Of a stretch of 32,328 nt of DNA, positions 18,946-26,440 are shown in pieces. Position 1 is the stretch's first letter. Each line of letters opens with the position of its first letter. The stretch lies in sequence record SRR22947725_131. One strand, written 5' to 3'. The notes below the pieces were generated by a model. The model did not search any database. It was not told the origin of the DNA and saw only the letters and a program-made list of their open reading frames with translations. Position numbers and translations under genes: made by a program.

Positions 18946-19934
18946 TGAATACTTATAATAATTTAACGAAGGTAGAATTACATGTTCATTTAGATTGTTG
19001 TCTTAGTTATAATGCTTTTAAAAGAATCAATCCTGAAATAAGCTTTGAATCTTTTCAACAACAATTTATTGGCACATCTTGTAGTTGCTTGAAAGATTAT
19101 ATTAAATGTGCTGATAATGCTTTAGAATATATGCAAACAAAAGAACAATTAGAAATTGTTGTTGAGGATCTTTTTGATCAATTTGAAAAGGATAATGTTA
19201 TTTATGCTGAAGTTAGATTTGCTCCTCTTCTTCATTTGAACAAGGGTTTATCTCCTATGGAAGTTGTTGAAATTGTAAGCAAGAAAACAATAGAAATGTC
19301 AGATAATTCTGGAATTGAAGTTAATTTAATTTTATGCACATTAAGACATTACTCAAAAAAACAAAGTATAGAAACCGTTAATTTAATCAAAGATTTTGCT
19401 GGAGATAATATAGTAGGATTTGATATAGCCGCTGATGAAGCTGGATTCCCACTCGATAATCATATTGAAGCATTTAAACTGGCTAAAGATAGTGGTATAT
19501 ATTGTACTGCTCATGCTGGTGAAGCTTTAGGTGCTTCAAGTGTTTTAGAAACTTTAAATAAATTAAGGCCTTCAAGAATTGGTCATGGTGTTAGGAGTGT
19601 TGAGAATAAATCTTTGTTAAAAGAATTAAAAACAAATAATATCCATTTAGAGCTTTGTTTGACTAGTAATATGGTTACAAAAGTTTATAAGAGCCTGAAA
19701 GATCATCCTATTGATTTTCTATACCAAAATGATTTTTCAATTAGCATAAATACAGATGGCAGAACAATTGCAGATACAGATTTAAATAATGAATATGATA
19801 TTTTGAGCACTCAATTTAATTGGGTAAAGAGTAACTTTTTAAAAGTAAACATTAAATCAATGGAAGCTTCATTTGCTAGTTCACACACAAAAACAAAAAT
19901 TATTTCACTTTTAAAATCATCTTATAATCTTTAA
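18945..19934 (+). CDS. add: Adenosine/adenine deaminase family protein
   Basis: ELHVHLD, YAEVRFAP, AHAGE, RIGHG, LELCLTSN and SINTD. Confidence 0.9.
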   Translation: MNTYNNLTKVELHVHLDCCLSYNAFKRINPEISFESFQQQFIGTSCSCLKDYIKCADNALEYMQTKEQLEIVVEDLFDQFEKDNVIYAEVRFAPLLHLNKGLSPMEVVEIVSKKTIEMSDNSGIEVNLILCTLRHYSKKQSIETVNLIKDFAGDNIVGFDIAADEAGFPLDNHIEAFKLAKDSGIYCTAHAGEALGASSVLETLNKLRPSRIGHGVRSVENKSLLKELKTNNIHLELCLTSNMVTKVYKSLKDHPIDFLYQNDFSISINTDGRTIADTDLNNEYDILSTQFNWVKSNFLKVNIKSMEASFASSHTKTKIISLLKSSYNL

Positions 19935-19940
19935 AAACTA

Positions 19941-20615
19941 GTGATTACAACAATTTCATTTTTCAAATACAATAGAAACAAATTTTGGGCTTTTAAACAA
20001 ATGTATTTGGCCGCAAAATTGATGAATAATACCTCTGGTCTTGATTTTTATAAATTATTAGGAACCGGATCAGGAGCAGGATTTAGTCTTTATCCTGATT
20101 TTAGTACTTATTCCATACTTTGTATTTGGAAGGATCGCTCAAGTGCAGATAATTTTATCAAAAAAAGTAATCATGCAATACTTATCTCAAAGAAGGCTTC
20201 TTTAAGAGTAGATTATTTTTTGAATTCAATCCATAGCCACGGTAAATGGGACGGATTGAATCCTTTTACAGGTAAGAACTTGGAACAGGATAAATCAAAA
20301 AAAATTGCCATTATCACAAGGGCAACTTTAAATTATAGTAGACTATTAGAGTTTTGGAAATCTGTTCCTAAAGCTTCAAAAGCCATTAAAAATGCTTCTG
20401 GAGTTATTTGGTTTAAAGGAATTGGCGAGATCCCTTTTATTCAACAAGCAACTTTTAGTATCTGGGAAAATATAAACTCAGTTACTGATTTTGCCTACAA
20501 AAATAAAAATCATGCAGACATAGTTAAAAAAACTAGAAAAAGAAATTGGTATAAAGAAGACTTGTTTGCTAGATTTGAGATAGTAGACAAGCAAACTAAA
20601 GTATTTTCAAATTGA
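19941..20615 (+). CDS. crtA: CrtA-like carotenoid monooxygenase/hydroxylase
   Basis: FYKLLGTGSG.GFS..PD, HGKWDG, GIGEIP..QATFSIWE and WY.EDLFARF; GTG start; coupled to crtD. Confidence 0.85.
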   Translation: MITTISFFKYNRNKFWAFKQMYLAAKLMNNTSGLDFYKLLGTGSGAGFSLYPDFSTYSILCIWKDRSSADNFIKKSNHAILISKKASLRVDYFLNSIHSHGKWDGLNPFTGKNLEQDKSKKIAIITRATLNYSRLLEFWKSVPKASKAIKNASGVIWFKGIGEIPFIQQATFSIWENINSVTDFAYKNKNHADIVKKTRKRNWYKEDLFARFEIVDKQTKVFSN

Positions 20616-22078
20616 AAAAGGCAATTATAATAGGCTCTGGAATTGGAGGGATTGCTACTGCATTAAGGCTTAGATCAATGAATTATGATGTTACAGTTTT
20701 TGAAAACAATGATTTTCCAGGCGGAAAATTAACGAGTTTTGATTTAGGTCCTTACAGATTTGATGCAGGGCCATCACTATTAACAATGCCTCATTTTATT
20801 GATGAACTTTTTGATTTGTTTAATGAAAACCCCAGAGATCATTTTAATTATAAAAAAAAAGATATATCCTGTAAGTATTTTTGGGATGATGGAACTAAAC
20901 TTAGTGCATATTCTGATAAAATAAAATTCACGAAAGAAATAGAAAATATTTTAGGCGTAAAGCAATCAATCGTTTCTGCATATCTATTAAAAGCTAAAAA
21001 AAAATATGAGTTAACTAAAAGAATGTTTTTAGAGCAATCACTTCATAAGTTAAAAACCTATTTTACCAAAGATTTATTAAATGGGGTTTTTAATATTTTT
21101 TCATTTCAGATAAATAAAACATTAAATCAAGTCAATGCATCAGAACTTAAAGAACCCCATTTAGTTCAGCTTTTTAATCGTTTTGCAACCTACAATGGTT
21201 CTTCCCCTTATAAGACTCCGGGAATGATGACTTTAGTTCAACACTTAGAACAAGAATATGGAACTTTTGTTTCTGATAAAGGAATGCAAAACATAACAAA
21301 TTCACTATATAATTTAGCTTTAAGACAAGGAGTAGATTTTAAGTTTAATAATTATGTCTCAGAAATTTTAGTTTCTAATAAAATAGCGACAGGTATTAAG
21401 GTTGGAGATAAAACTTACGAATCTGATATTGTTATTTCAAACATGGATGTTGTTCCAACTTATAGAAATTTATTAAAGAATCATTATCAGCCAGAGAAGA
21501 TATTAAATCAAGAAAGATCTAGCTCTGCTTTAATATTTTATTGGGGTGTAAAAAAAGAATTTAAAAATTTAGATTTACATAATATTTTTTTCTCAAAGGA
21601 TTATAAAACTGAATTTCAGACAATTTTTGAAAACAATACTATCTCTGTTGATCCAACAATTTATATTAATATTACATCCAAAGATGTTAAAGGAGATGCC
21701 CCAATAAATTGTGAAAATTGGTTTGTAATGATTAATTCTCCAAATGACTCAGGTCAAGATTGGGACAATATGATTGATCAAGTTAAAAGTAACGTTATTA
21801 AAAAAATTAATAAAATATTAAAAGTTAATATAGAAGACTTTATCGAATGTGAAAAAGTATACACTCCTAAAACTATTGAGTCAAATACTCAGTCATATAT
21901 GGGTTCACTATACGGATCGTCTAGTAATAATTTAATGTCGGCCTTTTTAAGACATCCTAATTTTTCTAATAAAATATTAAATCTATATTTTTGTGGCGGT
22001 AGTGTTCATCCGGGTGGAGGAATTCCATTATGTTTGTTATCTGCCAAAATTGTATCACAATTAATAAATAATAAATGA
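20612..22078 (+). CDS. crtD: 1-hydroxycarotenoid 3,4-desaturase (CrtI-family FAD enzyme)
   Basis: IIGSGIGG, RFDAGPSL, GSLYG.SSN...AFLRHPN and YFCGGSVHPGGGIPLCLLSAKIV; located between crtA and cruF. Confidence 0.88.
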   Translation: MKKAIIIGSGIGGIATALRLRSMNYDVTVFENNDFPGGKLTSFDLGPYRFDAGPSLLTMPHFIDELFDLFNENPRDHFNYKKKDISCKYFWDDGTKLSAYSDKIKFTKEIENILGVKQSIVSAYLLKAKKKYELTKRMFLEQSLHKLKTYFTKDLLNGVFNIFSFQINKTLNQVNASELKEPHLVQLFNRFATYNGSSPYKTPGMMTLVQHLEQEYGTFVSDKGMQNITNSLYNLALRQGVDFKFNNYVSEILVSNKIATGIKVGDKTYESDIVISNMDVVPTYRNLLKNHYQPEKILNQERSSSALIFYWGVKKEFKNLDLHNIFFSKDYKTEFQTIFENNTISVDPTIYINITSKDVKGDAPINCENWFVMINSPNDSGQDWDNMIDQVKSNVIKKINKILKVNIEDFIECEKVYTPKTIESNTQSYMGSLYGSSSNNLMSAFLRHPNFSNKILNLYFCGGSVHPGGGIPLCLLSAKIVSQLINNK

Positions 22079-22722
22079 ATTTCTTAATCCCTAGTAATAC
22101 TACCTCTAAAATTTCTGTATTTATAATATGGTTATTTCATTTATGTGGTATGGTCGGAATTTCTTACGGAAATAAAGATTTTTTTTTAGCATTTACACCA
22201 ATTAATCTTTTTATATCATTTGTATTATTGTTTGTTAATCAAAAACAACTTGAGAGTAAAGAGCTTAAATCAGCTTTTTTAATATTTTTTATTGGAATGG
22301 TTTCAGAGATATTGGGTGTAAACTATGGTCTTATTTTTGGAGATTATGTCTACTTAGATAATCTTGGTGTTAAGATTTTAGGAGTGCCAGTGCTAATTGG
22401 AGTAAATTGGATAATATTAACTTTTATCACAGGGTCATTGTCTTCATTTATTTTTAAAAACAAATATGTGTCTATTTTAATGGGAGCAATTTTAATGATA
22501 GGTTTAGACCTGTTAATAGAGCCTGTAGCTCCCCTTTTGGGCTTTTGGATATTTGACCTACAAAAAGTACCATTACAAAACTATTTGGGATGGTTTGTAA
22601 TAGGAATGATAACTCAAGCTCTTTTTCAATTTAAAATAGCTGAAAAAGAACTTACGTTTTCTACTCATCTACTGATTATAAATGCAATTTTCTTTGCATT
22701 TTTAAACTATCAAATAGTCTAA
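22075..22722 (+). CDS. cruF: Carotenoid 1,2-hydratase, CruF family
   Basis: Polytopic membrane protein; EILGVNYG.IFGDY.Y, GVPVLIGVNW, D.LIEPVA and PLQNYLGWF. Confidence 0.82.
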   Translation: MNFLIPSNTTSKISVFIIWLFHLCGMVGISYGNKDFFLAFTPINLFISFVLLFVNQKQLESKELKSAFLIFFIGMVSEILGVNYGLIFGDYVYLDNLGVKILGVPVLIGVNWIILTFITGSLSSFIFKNKYVSILMGAILMIGLDLLIEPVAPLLGFWIFDLQKVPLQNYLGWFVIGMITQALFQFKIAEKELTFSTHLLIINAIFFAFLNYQIV

Positions 22723-22730
22723 TTAGTATA

Positions 22731-23216
22731 TTAAGACTTACTTATTGTTAATTTTCCATCATTTAATGTTGTAGTGTAACATTTTAATGGACCACCAGCT
22801 GTTCCTGAAGTTGAACAATCTGTTGGATAGCTGTTATTGTGAGCTCCACAAACAAACCTGTCTTGAGAAGTGTTATAGCTCCACTGACTTGAATTGCCTT
22901 GATGTGGACAAGAATTTGTAAATGCTCTGTAAGTAGATGCATCAATTTTAAGTATTAACATTGCTTCAGCTCCAAAATTCATCCATCCATTACTATTTAA
23001 GGATGAAAAATTTGAATTGCTTAATGTTATAACAACTGTATTTCCACTAACAGTGTATCCTTTGTCATTATTATTTCCGCCCCCACCACCGCCTCCGGAG
23101 GGAACTTGATTGTCATCTCCACCTGAAGAACAAGCTTCAAGCATAGTTACACCAAAGAATGCTAGTGCTACAGATGGGCACACATTTTTCAAAAATTCTC
23201 TTCTTTTATTTTTCAT
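22731..23216 (-). CDS. Tat-exported Rieske [2Fe-2S] lipoprotein
   Basis: KRREFLK twin-arginine motif, lipobox LEAC, Gly7/Asn3 linker and CPH-x17-CGAH. Start placed at 23216 (MKNKRR) rather than 23240. Confidence 0.82.
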   Translation of the reverse strand: MKNKRREFLKNVCPSVALAFFGVTMLEACSSGGDDNQVPSGGGGGGGNNNDKGYTVSGNTVVITLSNSNFSSLNSNGWMNFGAEAMLILKIDASTYRAFTNSCPHQGNSSQWSYNTSQDRFVCGAHNNSYPTDCSTSGTAGGPLKCYTTTLNDGKLTISKS

Positions 23217-23411
23217 ATTTAACATTAAACCAATAATCATTCCAAAAGAAAATATTTGTAAATTTTTTTTTAAATTTTATTAATAGTCTTAATTTTTTTA
23301 ATTTATGTTAACTATACATTTTATTTTAATTTTTAAATTTTTAAATTTTTATATTAAATTTACATTTAGGTTATTTAAAGTATATTTCTTAAATAACTAA
23401 TAACCAGTATT

Positions 23412-26189
23412 TTGAAACAATTTTTAATTCTTTTTTTCTTTAGTCTTTCGATCTATACACAATCGTTTCCACCTATACAGTCTTACACTCCTCAAGAATA
23501 TAGTGCTGCAAATCAAAATTGGAAAATTTCAGAAACTTCTAAAAATGAAATTTTATTTGCTAATAGTGAAGCTTTACTATTGTTCAATGGTACAAGTTGG
23601 AATAAATACAGTTCACCTAATGGTAGTATAGTACGCTCTGTAAAAAATATTGATGATAAAATCTATATAGGATCTCACTCTGATTTTGGTTTTTTTCAAA
23701 AGTCTAATAATGGAGTATTAATATATACCTCTCTTGTAGAAAAATTAAATTTAATAATTGAGGAGGATGAAGAGTTTTGGAATATTTTGCTTTTAGATAA
23801 TTGGATAATTTTCCAATCAATTTCTAGGTTAATTTTTATAGACAAAAATAATAATGATGTCAAGTATTTGAAGTTGAAAGGGATAATTAATAATTCTTTC
23901 TCAATTGATAAGCAAATATATATAGCTTTAAACACAGGACTTTTTAAATTAGTCAATGGTCAGTCAGAACTTGTTATTGATAGTAATCAATTACCTTCTC
24001 AAATTGTAAATATTTTCAATTCTGAAAATGGGTTATTGATTCTTACATCTAAACACGGCTTTTATTTAGAAAAATCACCTGGCGTTTTAATTAGAGTTAA
24101 TTCTTCTTTAGATTCTTTAAACGATGGTTTTTCTATTTTTTCTGCAATTCAATTACAGGATTCTTCTTATGCACTTGGTTCAGTAGGTCAAGGTTTATTT
24201 CTTTTAGATTCTGATTTGAAATCATTAAAAAAAATTGACAAGTCTAGAGGGCTTGCTAATAATACTGTTCTTTCACTATATGAGGATACAAAAAATAATA
24301 TTTGGCTAGGTCTAGATAATGGAATTACAGTAATCAATAATGATTCTCCATTTTCTATTTATTCTGATAGTGATGGTGTTCTTGGAACTATTTATGCTAC
24401 AAAGCTGTTTAACAAAATCCTATATGTAGGGACAAATCAAGGTTTATTTTTCAAAAAATACAATACTGATGAGCCTTTTAGACTTATCAAAGAAACAAGT
24501 GGGCAGGTTTGGAGTTTAATTGAGATAGATAACACATTGTTTTGTGGACATAATAACGGGACTTTTATTGTGTCGAATGGGAGTGTTAAAAAAATATCAA
24601 ATACTAGCGGTTCATGGACCTTTAGAAAAATATCTAATGATTCATCTGATGTTTTGGAGGGTAGCTATTATGGATTAAAGATTTTATCTAAAGTGAATGA
24701 ACAATGGATTGTTAAAAATAACATCACAGGTTTTGACATATCCTCTCGTTTTTTTGAAATTTCTAATAATGGAAAAATCATTGTTAGTCACGGTTATAAG
24801 GGGGTTTATAAACTTTCTGTAAATTCAGATTTTACAAATATTATTGATTATGAACTTGATTCTATAGCATTAAAAGGAGGAAATACTAGCCTTGCTAAGT
24901 TTGATAATAACATTTATTATAATTATGATAAAGGAATGTTAAAGTATAATTCTCTTTCCAATGATTTTTCAAAGGACACGCTGCTTTCAAATTTATCGTC
25001 TAAAGATTTATTGTATGGAATTATTAGAAATGATTTTGACGGTAAACTATGGCTGTTTTCAGAAAATAACATTCATTATGTATACAAGGATTTAGTTTCA
25101 GGAAATAAAAAAGTAAGTTCAATAGTGTCTACCAATCAGCTAAGAAGAACAGTTTTTGAAAATATTTCTAAAATTGATGAATCTAATTATGTTATAGGAA
25201 CTAATAATGGTTATATAACTCTCGATTTAGATAAATATAAATTATTGCCACCAAAAGTTAACATTAGTAAGATTGAGTCATATGAATTAAATCAAAATCC
25301 CATCTCAGTAAATAATGAAGAATTTATTCAATTTGAATCTAGCTTTAATAACTTAAGATTTCATACAAATGTTTCAAATTATCAAAAATTTCAACCCATC
25401 ACTTTTGAATATTTATTGGAGGGGTACCTTCCAGAGTGGGTTTCAGTCAAAGAATCGCCATTTATTGAGTTTAATAATTTAAAGCCTGGAGATTATGAAT
25501 TTAGAGTTAGAGCAAGAGTTGGAGATTTTTATTCTTCAAATGTAGATTCAATATCTTTTTCAGTTGAAAGTCCATGGTATTTTTCAAATTTTATGATTGC
25601 CAATTACTTCTTAGTTTTTGCTATTGTTTTTTTTCTGTTTAATAGGTCTTATGAGAAGTATTATCGACAAAAAGAACAAAAAATCATTAGAACAAATCAA
25701 AATAAATTAGAGTTAATTGAAATAGAAAAAAAACAAGCTTTAATGGCTGTGGAAAATATTAAACTTCAGAATGATATTGAAAGTAAAAACAGAGAACTTG
25801 CGGTTTCCACAATGAGTATGATTAAAAAAAATCAATTCTTGAGTAAAATCAAATCCGATTTAAAAAAGTCTGAATCAGGAGATAAAATATTTTCTGTTAT
25901 TAAAATGATTGATAGGAATTTAAATAATAAGGACGATTGGAAGTTTTTTGAAGAAGCTTTTAATAATGCTGATAAGGATTTTCTCAAAAAAGTTAAATCA
26001 ACTCATCCTTCATTAACAAATAATGATCTAAGGTTATGCGCATACTTAAGGTTAAACTTATCATCAAAAGACATAGCACCTTTACTAAATATTTCTTTAA
26101 GTAGCGTAGAAATTAAGAGATATAGACTCAGAAAAAAGATGCAACTTACCCATAATGAAGGTTTAACTGATCATTTACTTAGTTTATAG
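23412..26189 (+). CDS. Membrane-spanning one-component regulator: beta-propeller sensor, Y_Y_Y domain, TM helix, coiled coil and LuxR-type HTH
   Basis: Signal peptide; propeller repeats (GLANNTVLSLYED.KNNIWLGLDNG, LYVGTNQGLF); FEYLLEG...NLKPGDYEFRVRA; PWYFS TM; LTNNDLRLCAYLRLNLSSKDIA.LLNIS..SVEIKRYRLRKK. No kinase or receiver domain. Confidence 0.92.
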   Translation: MKQFLILFFFSLSIYTQSFPPIQSYTPQEYSAANQNWKISETSKNEILFANSEALLLFNGTSWNKYSSPNGSIVRSVKNIDDKIYIGSHSDFGFFQKSNNGVLIYTSLVEKLNLIIEEDEEFWNILLLDNWIIFQSISRLIFIDKNNNDVKYLKLKGIINNSFSIDKQIYIALNTGLFKLVNGQSELVIDSNQLPSQIVNIFNSENGLLILTSKHGFYLEKSPGVLIRVNSSLDSLNDGFSIFSAIQLQDSSYALGSVGQGLFLLDSDLKSLKKIDKSRGLANNTVLSLYEDTKNNIWLGLDNGITVINNDSPFSIYSDSDGVLGTIYATKLFNKILYVGTNQGLFFKKYNTDEPFRLIKETSGQVWSLIEIDNTLFCGHNNGTFIVSNGSVKKISNTSGSWTFRKISNDSSDVLEGSYYGLKILSKVNEQWIVKNNITGFDISSRFFEISNNGKIIVSHGYKGVYKLSVNSDFTNIIDYELDSIALKGGNTSLAKFDNNIYYNYDKGMLKYNSLSNDFSKDTLLSNLSSKDLLYGIIRNDFDGKLWLFSENNIHYVYKDLVSGNKKVSSIVSTNQLRRTVFENISKIDESNYVIGTNNGYITLDLDKYKLLPPKVNISKIESYELNQNPISVNNEEFIQFESSFNNLRFHTNVSNYQKFQPITFEYLLEGYLPEWVSVKESPFIEFNNLKPGDYEFRVRARVGDFYSSNVDSISFSVESPWYFSNFMIANYFLVFAIVFFLFNRSYEKYYRQKEQKIIRTNQNKLELIEIEKKQALMAVENIKLQNDIESKNRELAVSTMSMIKKNQFLSKIKSDLKKSESGDKIFSVIKMIDRNLNNKDDWKFFEEAFNNADKDFLKKVKSTHPSLTNNDLRLCAYLRLNLSSKDIAPLLNISLSSVEIKRYRLRKKMQLTHNEGLTDHLLSL

Positions 26190-26225
26190 TTTTCATAATA
26201 TTATTTCACATTTATACGATACTAG

Positions 26226-26379
26226 CTATACAAAACCTATACATTTGTATTGTTTTACAATTCAATTAAATACTTTTTAATCCTTTATTTTATCAATTAC
26301 AACCTATAAATAGTGATGTTTTAACTAATTTGTTAATATTAATAATGTATTAGTGTCGAATTCATAATTTGTATAGGTT
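26226..26379. repeat. Cluster of (AAC)CTATACA motifs upstream of susC (putative operator array)
   Basis: CTATACA at 26226-26232 and 26237-26243; AACCTATAAA at 26301-26310; inverted TGTATAGGTT at 26370-26379 (exact reverse complement of 26234-26243); inverted variant AATGTATTAG at 26344-26353. Confidence 0.6.
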
Positions 26380-26386
26380 ATTTATG

Positions 26387-26417
26387 TTTGCTTAACAATA
26401 TGTTTTATTTAAGTTTA
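26387..26417 (+). promoter_or_regulatory. Candidate susC promoter
   Basis: TTTG (26387-26390), 19 nt, then TAAGTTTA (26410-26417; one mismatch to TAnnTTTG). An alternative perfect -7, TATGTTTG, lies at 26383-26390. Confidence 0.45.
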
Positions 26418-26440
26418 AGCTTTCTTAACAAAAAACATAT

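Noticed and set aside
20852..20860. A9 homopolymer in crtD as a phase-variation tract
   Set aside because: The frame is intact, and A/T runs of this length are expected in such an AT-rich genome.
26234..26379. Invertible (phase-variable) promoter bounded by the 10-bp inverted repeat
   Set aside because: No recombinase in the window, the best promoter candidate lies outside the repeats, and extra direct copies fit transcription-factor sites better. Read-orientation analysis would settle it.
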